Shown in pieces: positions 31,112-44,117 of a stretch of DNA of 62,710 nucleotides (within the stretch, counting starts at the first letter, position 1; each line of letters begins with the position of its first letter). This DNA comes from Trichormus sp. ATA11-4-KO1 (GTDB lineage Bacteria; Cyanobacteriota; Cyanobacteriia; Cyanobacteriales; Nostocaceae), in NCBI GenBank assembly GCA_019358915.1, contig JAHHIM010000027.1, positions 1 through 62,710 of the forward strand, in the 5' to 3' direction. A model generated the notes under the pieces. It did no database searches, was not told the DNA's origin, and saw nothing but the letters and a program-made list of their open reading frames with translations. Both the position numbers and the translations under genes were made by a program.

Positions 31112-32137
31112 TTAGTTAGCCAGCGTCTGAGCGGTAACTTCCGGTTGAGCGTGAATCTCGTTTGGACAGGGACGACCTTGTTCAATGTCAGTAATATTAG
31201 CAAAAGTTGTCTGTGCAATATTGTGGAGAGCTTCTTCCGTAAAAAAGGCTTGATGTCCGGTTACCAGCACATTAGGAAAAGTTGTCAGCCGTTGGAAAAC
31301 ATCATCCTGAATGATTTCGCCAGACAAATCCTCAAAGAACAAGTCCGATTCCTGTTCGTAGACATCCACACCCAGAGAGCCTATTTTGCGGGTCTTCAGT
31401 CCTTCGATTACTGCTTGGGTATCAATCAGCGCTCCTCGGCTGGTGTTAATTAACATCACCCTTGGTTTCATCTGTGCTATGGTCTCGGCATTGATCAAGT
31501 GATGAGTTTCCGGAGTTAGAGGACAATGCAGAGATATAATATCAGAGTTGGCAAATAGCTCAGGTAAGTCTACATACTTACCACCTAGTGCTTCCAACTC
31601 AGGGTTGCGATACACATCATAAGCAAGTAAATCACAACCAAAACCCTTCATGATTTGTCCCAAAATCAGACCAATTTTTCCAGTACCAATGATCCCCACT
31701 GTACGCCCATTCAAGTTAAATCCCAACAGACCTGTTAGGGAAAAATTACCTTCCCGGACGCGGTTATAGGCACGATGAATTTTGCGATTGAGGCTCAAAA
31801 TTAATCCCACAGCATGTTCCGCTACTCCATAAGGTGAATAAGCCGGCACACGTACAACATTAATCCCTAAATTCGCTGCGGCTTGTAAGTCTACATTATT
31901 AAATCCTGCACACCGGAGGGCAATCAGGCGAGTTCCCCCGGAAGCGAGAATTTCTAAAGTTGGCGCATCAACTAAATCATGTACAAATACGCAAACAGCC
32001 GGAAATCCGGCAGCCAAAATCGCGGTATTTTGATGCAAACGGGGTTCAAAGAAAACTAATTCATGTTGGATAGGCGAATTTGCAGCTGACAAAAACTGCC
32101 GATCATAGGGCTTTGTACTGAAGACTGCTACTTTCAT
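31112..32137 (-). CDS. ldhA: D-lactate / 2-hydroxyacid dehydrogenase
   Basis: [40 protein letters not shown]. Confidence 0.9.
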   Translation of the reverse strand: MKVAVFSTKPYDRQFLSAANSPIQHELVFFEPRLHQNTAILAAGFPAVCVFVHDLVDAPTLEILASGGTRLIALRCAGFNNVDLQAAANLGINVVRVPAYSPYGVAEHAVGLILSLNRKIHRAYNRVREGNFSLTGLLGFNLNGRTVGIIGTGKIGLILGQIMKGFGCDLLAYDVYRNPELEALGGKYVDLPELFANSDIISLHCPLTPETHHLINAETIAQMKPRVMLINTSRGALIDTQAVIEGLKTRKIGSLGVDVYEQESDLFFEDLSGEIIQDDVFQRLTTFPNVLVTGHQAFFTEEALHNIAQTTFANITDIEQGRPCPNEIHAQPEVTAQTLAN

Positions 32138-32472
32138 GCAAAACCTCAGGCTGTATGCTGCATATTTTTCTCATACATAATAGCTTGGTAATTGCAGGAG
32201 CGATCGCACCTCCAAATTAATGCCAGCCTGGGCTTTAACGTTGCTTGAGGCCATCTCATAGCTAAAGCAAAACTTTAGGATTTATAACCAATAACTCTAA
32301 ACAAGAGAGAGATTAGGGTACAGGAGGATGAATGAGAGATAATAGAAAATGAGCATTAGTTAAGTCTGGTTATAGAGTATTAAAATATACTTATATGCCT
32401 ACTCAAACATTGAAAATAACCCTTTTCAGTATTATTTGAGCATTTCAAATAAGCTAGAGACTCAAAACCTTA

Positions 32473-34224
32473 ATGTATCGTTTTTCTGGCGTTCACTGCA
32501 TAAATCCTGACTGTCAGCGTCCTTATCCTCAGCCTTGGGGAAACAAGTTTTGTAACAGTTGTGGCGCACTGCTACAGCTGCTAGATCGCTATGTTCCTCT
32601 TCAACCCTTAGGTTCGGGAGGATTCGCCCAAATTTACACGGTTTGGGATGAAAAAACCCAGACGGAGAAAGTACTAAAAGTTTTGGTAGAAAATTCACCA
32701 AAGGCACTGGAATTATTTACACAAGAGGCAGCAGTTTTAATTAATTTGCGACATCCGGGTGTCCCCAGAGTTGAGTCTGATGGTTATTTTCAAATAAATT
32801 TGCCTAGTCCTAAACCACGCCAACTAGCTTGTCTGGTGATGGAAAAAATTAATGGGCAGACTTTAGAGGAGATACTGGAAAATTATCCTCAAGGATGTCC
32901 AGAGGATTTGGTTTTAGCTTGGTTTGTCCAAGCTGTAAAAATTCTACAGGAATTGCACAAATGCCAGATTATTCATCGGGACATCAAACCTTCTAATTTG
33001 ATGTTGCGGACTCACTCGCCAACTGTACCCCCGACTCAAGGGGGATCTGGGATAGAACTGGTACTGATTGATTTTGGTGGGGCGAAACAATTTAACACAG
33101 CCAGGCTGCGTCGAGAGTCTAGTTCCACGAGGTTATTTTCTTCTGGCTACAGTCCACCAGAACAGATGACTGGTAGTAATGTGGGGCCTGCGGCTGATTT
33201 TTATGCCCTCGGTCGGACGATGATTGAATTACTCACGGGCAAATATCCACCGGAGTTGGGAGACCCCCAAACTGGTGTTTTGCACTGGCGAAATCAGGTG
33301 AATGTTAACCCGCAACTAGCTGACTTGCTAGATGAGATGGTACAGGAGGATGTGCGATCGCGTCCAGCTAATGCGGCAATCATTCAAAAACGTTTGACTA
33401 AGATTACCCGTACATCAACGCCAACTGGGCTATTTTCCCAACTCCAGGACTCAGTTCAGCAAGCCACAGCACAAGTTGTTAGCAAATTTACACTCTTAAT
33501 CCAAGTTGGTGAGCAAGCATTAAACAATTTAGCCAAAGCTATAGGCAAAACAGTTATTTTGATCACCAAGGCGATTTTCCAAGTCTTACAAGCCTGTTTA
33601 GCAACGATTTGGGCCATGCTGCTAACTGGTCTTGGCGCTTGTGTCGGTACTATTGTTGGTTTTATTTTGGCATATCGCACAATCTTAGGCGATCGCTTTG
33701 CCGAATATATTTTTAGTCAGCTACCCGAATTAGCAACTTATACTCAACCTATCGTGGCTACAAAAATAATAGTGTTTGTTACCGCAGGCATAGGAACTGC
33801 ATGGGGACTGACGGCTTCGGGTTGTTTTGGTCAACGGCGACGATTTTTAATGGCATCGCTCATGGGTATGATCAGCTATGCATTTAGTTGGTTAGTTTTG
33901 CAATTAATTACATCTCAAGATAGCGGCGAAGGGTTGTTGGGAGTAATTTTAGTGGCAATTTTCTTATTCACGTTAAGTATAGGTTTTCGCAGTCATCACA
34001 TAGTTCATGCTGTGGTTGCTGCATTTGGTACTGCTATCATCTTCGCAATTTTCATCTTTTTTGGGTTTCCACCTACTGTATTTCAATTTTCTGCACAGCC
34101 CCTCTGGTCGGCATTATCCTTACCCATTGCTTTTTTTAGTTTGGTGGGGATCTTGATGAGCTTTTGGTTGGGGGTGAGTTATTACCTGATTGTCCCTGGA
34201 TTAAAATTTTTGGGATGGCGTTGA
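32473..34224 (+). CDS. Hanks-type Ser/Thr kinase with N-terminal 4-Cys motif and multi-TM C-terminus
   Basis: CINPDC..CNSC, GSGGFA, HRDIKPSN, DFG. Confidence 0.93.
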   Translation: MYRFSGVHCINPDCQRPYPQPWGNKFCNSCGALLQLLDRYVPLQPLGSGGFAQIYTVWDEKTQTEKVLKVLVENSPKALELFTQEAAVLINLRHPGVPRVESDGYFQINLPSPKPRQLACLVMEKINGQTLEEILENYPQGCPEDLVLAWFVQAVKILQELHKCQIIHRDIKPSNLMLRTHSPTVPPTQGGSGIELVLIDFGGAKQFNTARLRRESSSTRLFSSGYSPPEQMTGSNVGPAADFYALGRTMIELLTGKYPPELGDPQTGVLHWRNQVNVNPQLADLLDEMVQEDVRSRPANAAIIQKRLTKITRTSTPTGLFSQLQDSVQQATAQVVSKFTLLIQVGEQALNNLAKAIGKTVILITKAIFQVLQACLATIWAMLLTGLGACVGTIVGFILAYRTILGDRFAEYIFSQLPELATYTQPIVATKIIVFVTAGIGTAWGLTASGCFGQRRRFLMASLMGMISYAFSWLVLQLITSQDSGEGLLGVILVAIFLFTLSIGFRSHHIVHAVVAAFGTAIIFAIFIFFGFPPTVFQFSAQPLWSALSLPIAFFSLVGILMSFWLGVSYYLIVPGLKFLGWR

Positions 34225-34345
34225 TGGAGGGATGGGGGGACAAGAGCAGGGCTGATTCGTTCCCTAAAAGGGTTAAAATTGCAAGGGCAAATCCACAATT
34301 AAGACCGAAAATTTTGGCATCTTCAGTCCGAAATACCTGATTTTT

Positions 34346-34373
34346 CTTTGCGTCTTTGCGCCTTTGCGTGAGA
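34346..34373 (-). repeat. Intergenic CGCAAAG-type repeat
   Basis: Minus strand TCTCACGCAAAGGCGCAAAGACGCAAAG. Confidence 0.75.
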
Positions 34374-34744
34374 TTATCCTCTTGACAAATCTCCAACACA
34401 AGCCAATGAAACAGCCCTGGGGACAAGGGGACAAGAAAAATTATTTCTACCTTCCTATCTCCCAATGCCCAATACCCAGAAACAAGATCCCCCTAGCCGT
34501 CTTTTTTCTTGCAGCTAGGGGGATCACATATGTGGTAGTCTATAAATGGTTCAGTATAGTGGCTTACGTAATCGATTTTAAAGCCTATATTTGGTTTTGT
34601 GTAGTCACATAATTAGAATTTATACAATTTTTATAGCAGCTTCATCACCGCTTCATTCCCATGCTTGGCGGAAAAAACGTATATGTTTAAGTATGGTATT
34701 AAGTATTGCATAACTTTTCATTCTTGTTAAGATCCGTAGAAAGT

Positions 34745-35308
34745 ATGAAACTCAAGATTGTCGCTAGTGTCGCCTTATTAGCTTGTATCGGGTTGACAGA
34801 ACCATCCCTTGCATTTAACCAGCAAGACTTGGAGCAGTTGCAGGCAACAGGCGCTTGTCCTAGATGCGATTTGAGCGGCGCTGATTTAACTCAAATTAAT
34901 TTAGGGGGAGCGAATTTGCGAGAAGCTAACTTGAAGGGTGCCATCTTATCTCAAGTGAATCTGGCAAAAGCAGATCTAACAGGTGCTAATTTAGAAGCTG
35001 CGGTTCTTAATTCTGCGAACTTGACAGGTGCTACCTTGACAGGTGCAAATTTAAAATCAGCATCAATGGAAAATGCTGACTTATCTTTTGCTGGTTTGAT
35101 CAGCACCAATTTAGAAGCAGCCAACTTGCAGGGTGCCAAGTTGCAGTTCACCAATTTCCGGGGGGCACATTTTCGACTAACAACGCTGGCTAATGGTGTT
35201 GTCACTTCTGATAAAGCCTATGACTGGTCATTGGAGCGTACAACTGTCAGAGAATGTAACAGGTTTAGAACCGCGAATGTTCCAGGCACAACCTGCTATA
35301 ACCAATAG
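34745..35308 (+). CDS. Exported pentapeptide repeat protein
   Basis: Signal peptide, CPRCDL, ANLxx repeats. Confidence 0.9.
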   Translation: MKLKIVASVALLACIGLTEPSLAFNQQDLEQLQATGACPRCDLSGADLTQINLGGANLREANLKGAILSQVNLAKADLTGANLEAAVLNSANLTGATLTGANLKSASMENADLSFAGLISTNLEAANLQGAKLQFTNFRGAHFRLTTLANGVVTSDKAYDWSLERTTVRECNRFRTANVPGTTCYNQ

Positions 35309-35321
35309 AGTGCTTTTCTAA

Positions 35322-35430
35322 GTGCTGAGTACTGAGTGCTGAGTGCTGAGTAGTAAACTCTCATCTTTCCCCCCATCCCCTTGTCGCCTTGTACCCTTGT
35401 CGCCCCATTCCCTTGTCCCCTTGTCCCCGT
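35322..35430. repeat. STRR-type tandem repeats (TGCTGAG; CCTTGTC-like)
   Basis: Visible 7-8-nt tandem units. Confidence 0.75.
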
Positions 35431-35506
35431 GACTGTAGAACAAGAGCATTTTACTAGTGAACACTTTTCTATCATGGGAACAAAGCCTGTAAACTAAAAT
35501 TGCATA

Positions 35507-36682
35507 ATGCTCACCCATATTAAAGACTTAGCCACAAAATTGGCACCCCGCTTAATTGAAATTCGCCGCCATATCCACTCTCACCCAGAACTTAGCGGTC
35601 AGGAATACCAAACATCTGCCTTTGTTGCTGGTGTATTGTCTTCTAGTGGTCTGCATGTACAAGAGGGAGTTGGTAAAACCGGGGTCATCGGAGAACTACA
35701 AGGCACTGGCACAAGTGACCGTTTATTGGCAATTCGTACAGATATGGATGCTTTGCCTATTCAAGAACGTACAGGTTTGGAATATGCCTCTCGTACAGAA
35801 GGTGTGATGCACGCTTGCGGTCACGATGTTCACACCACAGTTGGTTTAGGAACAGCAATGGTATTATCCCAAATGGCAGAAGAGTTGGGCGGTAAGGTGC
35901 GGTTTTTGTTTCAGCCAGCAGAGGAAATTGCCCAAGGTGCAAACTGGATGGTGCAAGATGGCGCAATGGAAAATGTTTCGGCTGTATTAGGAGTTCATGT
36001 TTTCCCTTCTATCCCCGCAGGGTCGATTGGCGTGCGTTACGGGGCATTGACAGCAGCAGCTGATGATTTAGAGATTATCATTATCGGAGAATCGGGGCAT
36101 GGGGCGCGTCCCCATGAAGCAATTGATGCAATTTGGATTGCCTCGCAAGTGATTACGGCATTGCAACAGGCTATTAGCCGGACACAGAATCCCTTGCGTC
36201 CTGTGGTGTTGAGTATAGGAAAGATTAATGGTGGTAGAGCGTCAAATGTGATTGCGGATAAAGTACAGTTGTTGGGAACTGTGCGATCGCTCCACCCAGA
36301 AACGCGTACCCAACTGCCGAACTGGATTGAAAATATTGTGGCTAACGTCTGCCATTCCTTTGGGGCGCGTTATCAAGTCAATTATCGCCAAGGCGTGCCC
36401 AGTGTGCAAAATGATTATGCCATCACCCAATTATTGCAATCATCTGCTGAAGAAGCTTGGAGTAGCGATCGCGTCCAAGTCTTACCTGAACCTTCTCTTG
36501 GCGCTGAAGATTTTTCTGTTTATTTGGAATACGCCCCTGGTTCGATGTTTCGCCTAGGCGTAGGTTACAAAGATAGAATTATTAATCACCCATTACACCA
36601 TCCCGAATTTGAAGTGGATGAATCTGCTATCCTCACGGGAGTTGTAACTATGGCATACGCCGCGTATAAATATTGGCTTTAA
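35507..36682 (+). CDS. M20 family amidohydrolase
   Basis: HPELS, RTDMDALP, MHACGHD, FQPAEE, AEDF, LHHP. Confidence 0.94.
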   Translation: MLTHIKDLATKLAPRLIEIRRHIHSHPELSGQEYQTSAFVAGVLSSSGLHVQEGVGKTGVIGELQGTGTSDRLLAIRTDMDALPIQERTGLEYASRTEGVMHACGHDVHTTVGLGTAMVLSQMAEELGGKVRFLFQPAEEIAQGANWMVQDGAMENVSAVLGVHVFPSIPAGSIGVRYGALTAAADDLEIIIIGESGHGARPHEAIDAIWIASQVITALQQAISRTQNPLRPVVLSIGKINGGRASNVIADKVQLLGTVRSLHPETRTQLPNWIENIVANVCHSFGARYQVNYRQGVPSVQNDYAITQLLQSSAEEAWSSDRVQVLPEPSLGAEDFSVYLEYAPGSMFRLGVGYKDRIINHPLHHPEFEVDESAILTGVVTMAYAAYKYWL

Positions 36683-36732
36683 GATTAGACCTTTTGCCCG
36701 AATCTTGAATAATTTGAATAAATAACTAAGAC

Positions 36733-36886
36733 TAGCCCTTTCAATATGTCATGTATTTTTCTTGGTGTCTTAGTGTCTTAGTGGTAAAAAAAATAACTTT
36801 TAAACCACAAAGGCACAAAGACACAAAGGTGGAAGTCCTAAAATTGGAAAAATTTTAGGTAGTTTTTACCCACCTGGAAAGGGCTG
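36733..36886. mobile_element. MITE, sibling of 25233-25575
   Basis: TAGCCCTTTCAA..CACCTGGAAAGGGCTG with the shared CTTAGTGT and CACAAAGA internal repeats. Confidence 0.8.
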
Positions 36887-36962
36887 GTTCTAAACTCATA
36901 TAAAAACACCTTTTTCTCAAGGTGCTTTTAAGATGAATTATGTTTAGTTTAGCAAACAGTTT

Positions 36963-37595
36963 TTAAGTACGATAACCATTATTTCTGGGACTGCGCGCAC
37001 CAACAACAGCTCCCATAAGTGCAGCAGCTAAACTCAATAATGAACCCAACACAAACCACCATAAAGCTCTAGAGGTGGCAGCAGCAATATCACGAGCTTG
37101 TTCGGCGGTTACAGCTGGCAAGTCTGGAGGTATGGGAGCGCCTGGCTGAGTTACTGGAGGTATAACGGCAGCAGCAGTGGGAGCCACAACTCCAAAGGTA
37201 CCCCATACCCCACTAGCCAATAGCCAAGAGCTAAGTGCTAAAGTGGTTGCCCAGAGAATGGCGCCGTTGAGAAGAGCTGTGTTGCGGTTCATTGGCCCAC
37301 ACGCACGAGTTGTCACCCAACCACCAACAAATAGTGAAATTAATAAAGCCAGGGTTGACCAAAATCCTACATTACCAGCAACATCAGGTGCTATTGTTCT
37401 AGGTGCGCCTGAACCTGCAATTGTACCTGCTCCGATCGCGCCAAACAAGGAACTCAAGATTAATTGAGTAGCTAAGGCAACCAATACACCAGCAATTATG
37501 GGACCCCAGCGCACACGGTCGTGATATTCAACTACTCGACCTGCCATTCCAGGTTCATTAATAACATCATCACCTACGCGATTTACGTATGACAT
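36963..37595 (-). CDS. Hypothetical membrane protein
   Basis: RVRWGPIIAG and four hydrophobic helices. Confidence 0.8.
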   Translation of the reverse strand: MSYVNRVGDDVINEPGMAGRVVEYHDRVRWGPIIAGVLVALATQLILSSLFGAIGAGTIAGSGAPRTIAPDVAGNVGFWSTLALLISLFVGGWVTTRACGPMNRNTALLNGAILWATTLALSSWLLASGVWGTFGVVAPTAAAVIPPVTQPGAPIPPDLPAVTAEQARDIAAATSRALWWFVLGSLLSLAAALMGAVVGARSPRNNGYRT

Positions 37596-37961
37596 AGTTT
37601 ATTTTCTCCATTGCTTTGTCAGCAAAGTTTTTTTCAGGTATATCCATGCCTTGCCTTTATGTTTAAAATTAAATTGCCAGATATGATTTTTAATATCTAT
37701 CAATAGAAAGAGTTAAGCACTCTGTCTTCAGTAGGAATAAATTAATTTTATTTATATTTTTTAATCTAATGTATTTATTCTTTATGTCTAATTTTTTTAA
37801 GTTCTAATTGCTGATTTTAAATTACAGTTATAGGCAGCTTAATGTATTAAAAATTCACACTTAATTATGTTGAAGTAGTGCTGAAAAATTTCTGTTAATT
37901 GCTAATGGATAATGGTTCATGACAATTACCCATTAGCCATGATCACAAGTTAATCAATAAA

Positions 37962-38288
37962 CTAACGCATTTTCACAGCAGTTCCTGTGGCAGTAATTAG
38001 TAACAAAACTCCTGACTGGTCAACATTGATTGTGCCAGTATCCAATTCAATGCCGATCACAGCATCTGCTCCTAAACGCTGTGCCCGTTGTTCTAATTCT
38101 TCTATTGCCTTTCGTTGACCCTGTTCAAATAAACGCTCGTAGCTACCAGTGCGTCCGCCAATAACATCTCGAATGCTGGCAAAAAAATCTCGGAGGAAAT
38201 TACTGCCGTAGACAACCTCTGCCGTCACAATGCCTAAATAAGATTCAATAATAGCACCTTGAATTACATCAGTCGTAGTTACAATCAT
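37962..38288 (-). CDS. YbjQ (UPF0145) family protein
   Basis: MIVTTT..G.NFLRD..GGR..GADAVIG..TGTAV. Confidence 0.93.
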   Translation of the reverse strand: MIVTTTDVIQGAIIESYLGIVTAEVVYGSNFLRDFFASIRDVIGGRTGSYERLFEQGQRKAIEELEQRAQRLGADAVIGIELDTGTINVDQSGVLLLITATGTAVKMR

Positions 38289-38670
38289 CAGTCAGCCTCG
38301 TAAATACTCGTAAATATGAGATTAGTCATTGGGCATTGGGCATTGGGCATTGGTTATTTTCCCACTCCCTGCTAGTGGCATCATAGCAAGGTAAGATACT
38401 TTCCATTTAGATAACGAGAAAGCAATGCAAAAACCACTCATTACAAAGGGCATTTTGTCCAACTCTAAATTGACCTGTGGGATATACTGAATAACTTATA
38501 ATAATCAATTTGTCCTTCAGTATAAACTCAGTAAAATTTGTGTTGTCAAAAAGTATCTGAAATTACATTTTATTAATATTTTATCAAGGTGAATAAATAC
38601 AGTTTTCAAAAATGGATATTTTTGTTTTAATGTACAAAAAAAAGTCCTCTAGCATTTCAGGAAATTTACT

Positions 38671-39351
38671 GTGTACAAACGCATATCACTTATAGTTGGT
38701 GTTTTGTCATTAGGGTGTTGTGCCATTACCATCCCCTCGGTAGCTCAGGCTCAGGCACTAGTTGCCCAAACTAGCAACCCAAAATTAAAGCAGCTGTTCG
38801 AGGAAGGGAAAAGACTAGTGGATGCTAACGACTATATTGGGGCGATCGCCGTTTATCAGCAAGCAGCTGCCATAGAGCCAAAGAATGCTAAAATTCATTC
38901 TGGTATTGGCTACCTGCAAGCACAACAAGGAAATTTCCAGGCAGCGCTGGCCTCTTATCGTCGTGCTATTGCCATCAACCCCAATAACAGTGATTTTTAC
39001 TACGCTGTGGGTTATATCAAAGGCAATTTGAATGACAATAATGGAGCGAAAGAAGCGTATCGTCGTGCTATACAGTTGAACCGTAATAATTTGAATGCTT
39101 ATTTGGGATTAGGTATCACCCAAGCCCGTTTAGGAGACTATACAGCAGCTAATTGGGCATATGCACAAGCAATTGAGCTTGACAAGAATAATGCCCAAAC
39201 TTACGAGTTTATGGCTGCAATGTACAAGCAGCGTCGGCAAACCAAACAAGCAAGCAGCGTGCTTCAGAAAGCCCGTGACTTGTACCAACGGCGGAATGAC
39301 TCGGATGGGGTTAATAGGGTGGAAGCTATGTTGCGAGAGTTAGGGGGATGA
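38671..39351 (+). CDS. Exported TPR protein
   Basis: Signal peptide plus ~5 TPR motifs. Confidence 0.9.
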   Translation: MYKRISLIVGVLSLGCCAITIPSVAQAQALVAQTSNPKLKQLFEEGKRLVDANDYIGAIAVYQQAAAIEPKNAKIHSGIGYLQAQQGNFQAALASYRRAIAINPNNSDFYYAVGYIKGNLNDNNGAKEAYRRAIQLNRNNLNAYLGLGITQARLGDYTAANWAYAQAIELDKNNAQTYEFMAAMYKQRRQTKQASSVLQKARDLYQRRNDSDGVNRVEAMLRELGG

Positions 39352-39604
39352 AATTTATCGCAGGGAACAGGGAGTAGGCTGGAAAATCCCTTGGTGTCCG
39401 GGTTTGATGATTAGTCCTCAGCTATGTGGCAGATATAGTCGCTAATTACTTCCCTGTTAAAGGAATGCACTATCATCTCCTGTGTCATTAACACTCTATT
39501 GCTTCATCACCAAATCTTCACCGTGAGCAGAATGCAGTTTTTTTAGTTATCCCCATAGATCATATCGATGCATCTGGGTTGATGACTCCCAAAGTAAAAA
39601 TCCG

Positions 39605-41653
39605 CTAAATTTTGATATCCAGAGTACGTACCAAAAAAGCCCACTTGTCTGCTGCTTCCTCAATAATTTTAGCGGTGGGTTTACCTGCCCCATGTCCTGC
39701 TTTAGTTTCAATTCTCATTAACACTGGTGCATCACCTGCTTGATTGGCTTGCAAAGCGGCGGCAAATTTGAAACTATGGGCAGGGACAACGCGATCGTCA
39801 TGATCAGCTGTGGTAATTAAAGTTGCAGGGTATGCTGTTCCTGGTTTGATATTGTGCAGTGGCGAATATGCATAGAGTGCCTGGAAATCCTCTGGATTAT
39901 CTGGCGAACCATATTCGGAAGTCCAAGCCCAGCCAATGGTAAATTTGTGGAATCGCAACATATCCATCACACCTACGGCTGGTAAAGCTGCACCAAACAA
40001 ATCAGGACGCTGAGTTATACACGCACCCACCAATAAGCCGCCGTTACTACCACCAGCGATCGCTAATTTTGCAGGTTTTGTGTATTTATTGGCAATCAGC
40101 CACTCAGCCGCCGCAATAAAGTCATCAAAAACATTCTGCTTTTTCTCCTTCATACCTGCCTGATGCCATTCTTCGCCGTACTCCCCACCACCGCGCAGAT
40201 TAGGCGCAGCATAAACACCGCCCATTTCCATCCATACCAACATACTCACAGAAAAACTGGGTGTCATTGAGGCATTAAAACCGCCATAACCCCAAAGATA
40301 AGTGGGATTATTGCCATCTAATTGCATCCCCTTTTTGTGAGTAATAAACATTGGTACTTGAGTACCATCTTTGCTGCGGTAAAAGATTTGTTTTGTTTCA
40401 TAATCATCAGGATTAAAATCTACCTTTGGCTGACGAAAAAGCTCACTTTTTCCCGTTACCATGTTGTAGCGGTAAATAGTTCCTGGTGTAGTAAAGCTAG
40501 TGAAACTATAAAAAGTTTCAGTATCAAAACGCTTGCCCCCAAAGCCACCGACTGAACCGAGTCCAGGTAATTCTACCTCACGGACAAATGCACCATTGAG
40601 GTCAAAAATTTTAATTTGGGTGTGAGCATCTTGCAGATAATCAACAACAAATTGGTTATTGAGTATATTGGCACTTTCCAAAGTTGCCACAGCTTGGGGA
40701 ATGATTTCTTGCCAAGTTTCCGGAGCAGGGTTTTGGCTATCAATAGCAATTAGTCTGCCGCGCGGAGCATTTAAATCGGTGCGAAAATAAAAGACACTAT
40801 CATCATGGTCAATAAAACTGTAATTGGCTTCAAACTGATTAATTAGTTCTATGACTTCGGTATTAGGATTATTTAAATCTTTGTAAAAAACTAAATTTCT
40901 AGGATCAGTTCCTAGCCAAACCGAAATTATTAAATAACGTCCATCTTCTGTTACACTCCCATCAAATCCCCATTCTTTTTGGTCAGGGCGATGATAAATT
41001 AGTAAATCATCAGATTGGGGAGTACCAAGTTGATGATAGTAGAGTTTTTGGTAATAGTTGACATCTTCTAATTTAGTTTTTGTATTTGGTTCATCATAGC
41101 GACTGTAGAAAAAGCCCTGATTATCCTTTGTCCAAGATGCACCAGAAAATTTAATCCATTGGAGGTGGTCTTGTAGGTCTTCACCAGTTTCCACATCGCG
41201 CACTTTCCATTCTTGCCAGTCAGAACCGGAAGTAGAAAGACCATATGCTAATAGTTTCCCATTATCACTAATAGACAATCCTGAAAGAGCAACAGTGCCA
41301 TCTGTGGAGAGTTTGTTGGGGTCAAGTAAAACTCTAGGTTCAGCATCAAGTGTTTTTAGGGTGTAGAGAACACTTTGATTTTGTAGCCCATCATTTTTAA
41401 AATAAAAGTAGCGATCGCCTTCTTTAAACGGGATACCATATTTTTCATAATCCCAAAGTTTAGTGAGGCGTTGTTTAATTTTTTCTCTAGCAGGAATTTC
41501 GTCTAGGTAGGCAAAAGTAATTTTATTTTGTGCCTCAATCCAGTTTCTTGATTCCTCTGAGTCAGGGTCTTCTAACCAACGGTAAGGATCTGCAACTAAA
41601 GTCCCGTGGTAGTTATCAATTTGATCACTTTTGCGGCTAAGTGGGTAAGACAT
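39605..41653 (-). CDS. Prolyl oligopeptidase (S9A)
   Basis: DPYRWLED, GGSNGG, DHDDRV, AGHG. Confidence 0.95.
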   Translation of the reverse strand: MSYPLSRKSDQIDNYHGTLVADPYRWLEDPDSEESRNWIEAQNKITFAYLDEIPAREKIKQRLTKLWDYEKYGIPFKEGDRYFYFKNDGLQNQSVLYTLKTLDAEPRVLLDPNKLSTDGTVALSGLSISDNGKLLAYGLSTSGSDWQEWKVRDVETGEDLQDHLQWIKFSGASWTKDNQGFFYSRYDEPNTKTKLEDVNYYQKLYYHQLGTPQSDDLLIYHRPDQKEWGFDGSVTEDGRYLIISVWLGTDPRNLVFYKDLNNPNTEVIELINQFEANYSFIDHDDSVFYFRTDLNAPRGRLIAIDSQNPAPETWQEIIPQAVATLESANILNNQFVVDYLQDAHTQIKIFDLNGAFVREVELPGLGSVGGFGGKRFDTETFYSFTSFTTPGTIYRYNMVTGKSELFRQPKVDFNPDDYETKQIFYRSKDGTQVPMFITHKKGMQLDGNNPTYLWGYGGFNASMTPSFSVSMLVWMEMGGVYAAPNLRGGGEYGEEWHQAGMKEKKQNVFDDFIAAAEWLIANKYTKPAKLAIAGGSNGGLLVGACITQRPDLFGAALPAVGVMDMLRFHKFTIGWAWTSEYGSPDNPEDFQALYAYSPLHNIKPGTAYPATLITTADHDDRVVPAHSFKFAAALQANQAGDAPVLMRIETKAGHGAGKPTAKIIEEAADKWAFLVRTLDIKI

Positions 41654-41853
41654 AGGTAATGCAAAATTTTTCTATATAATAGCTAGTTGTGCTGCTTGTG
41701 TTTTGGGTTGTGGTGGAAGTTTGAAGCTCACTGGTTGGCGTTCAAAGCCAGATCAATTGAATATTGTTGGTCTGCACAACAATTCTACGGAAGTTCTGAG
41801 CAGTCAGTTGTAGGTTAAGATCAGAGGAAATCCTGCTGTACCGAATAAGTGAC

Positions 41854-42045
41854 ATGGCAACCGCAGCGCGTGTTATTCATAGCGACCCTGACATCCTGGG
41901 AGGAATCCCTGTTTTTGTGGGAACTCGTGTACCAATGAAAACTTTGCTCGATTATCTCGAAGCAGGCGATCCACTGGACGAATTCTTAGACCATTTTCCC
42001 AGTGTTAGGCGTGAGCAAGCGATCGCAGTCCTTAAACAAGGATAA
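41854..42045 (+). CDS. DUF433 antitoxin-like protein, orphan and possibly truncated
   Basis: DPDILGGIPVFVGTRVP..FP. No downstream toxin. Confidence 0.8.
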   Translation: MATAARVIHSDPDILGGIPVFVGTRVPMKTLLDYLEAGDPLDEFLDHFPSVRREQAIAVLKQG

Positions 42046-42084
42046 AAATTTCTTTCCCTATCACCTATTCCCTATTTAAGCTAA

Positions 42085-42109
42085 TAGGGTGAGCTAAAAG
42101 CCCACCCTA
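42085..42109. terminator. Hairpin between convergent DUF433 and atpC genes
   Basis: TAGGGTGAGCT-AAA-AGCCCACCCTA. Confidence 0.5.
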
Positions 42110-42134
42110 CAAAGCTGATATTATAATGTCAGCT

Positions 42135-42548
42135 TTAGAGCAAACCGCCAGCCGCTTGGAAACGAGCGCGGGCGCGTTTAAAGGCTTGGGTCGCCTGAAT
42201 TTGTGCTTGACGATCGCCTGCTGGTACTTGATTCAGACGTGTTTGTGCTTGGTTAAAAGCGGCGCGAGCATCTTCTAGGTTAATGGCATCGCCACGTTCA
42301 GCACCATTTACCAGAATTGTCACTTCATCTTCTTCGACTTCAGCAAAGCCACCCAATAAAGCGATCGCTTGCCAATCCTGATTTTTGCTGGCACGGACGC
42401 GCATCACGCCTGTATCCAAAGCAGTCAACAGAGGTGCGTGTCCACTTAAAATACCCAACTGACCAGTAGTGCTAGGTAGAACCACCTCCTCAGCTGCGGC
42501 ATCCCATACTGTTTTATCTGGGGAAACTACACGAACAGTTAGAGTCAT
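42135..42548 (-). CDS. atpC: ATP synthase F1 epsilon subunit (atpE in cyanobacterial nomenclature)
   Basis: [23 protein letters not shown]. Confidence 0.97.
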   Translation of the reverse strand: MTLTVRVVSPDKTVWDAAAEEVVLPSTTGQLGILSGHAPLLTALDTGVMRVRASKNQDWQAIALLGGFAEVEEDEVTILVNGAERGDAINLEDARAAFNQAQTRLNQVPAGDRQAQIQATQAFKRARARFQAAGGLL

Positions 42549-42611
42549 ATTGCTAATTTCTCATTGGTGACCACTAATAATTGGTAATTCATAACCCGTA
42601 ATCGGAACGAT

Positions 42612-42641
42612 AATTACGAATTACGAATTACGAATTACGAA

Positions 42642-42644
<3 letters not shown>
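42612..42644. repeat. AATTACG heptamer tandem array between beta and epsilon genes
   Basis: Four to five tandem copies. Confidence 0.85.
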
Positions 42645-44117
<1,473 letters not shown>
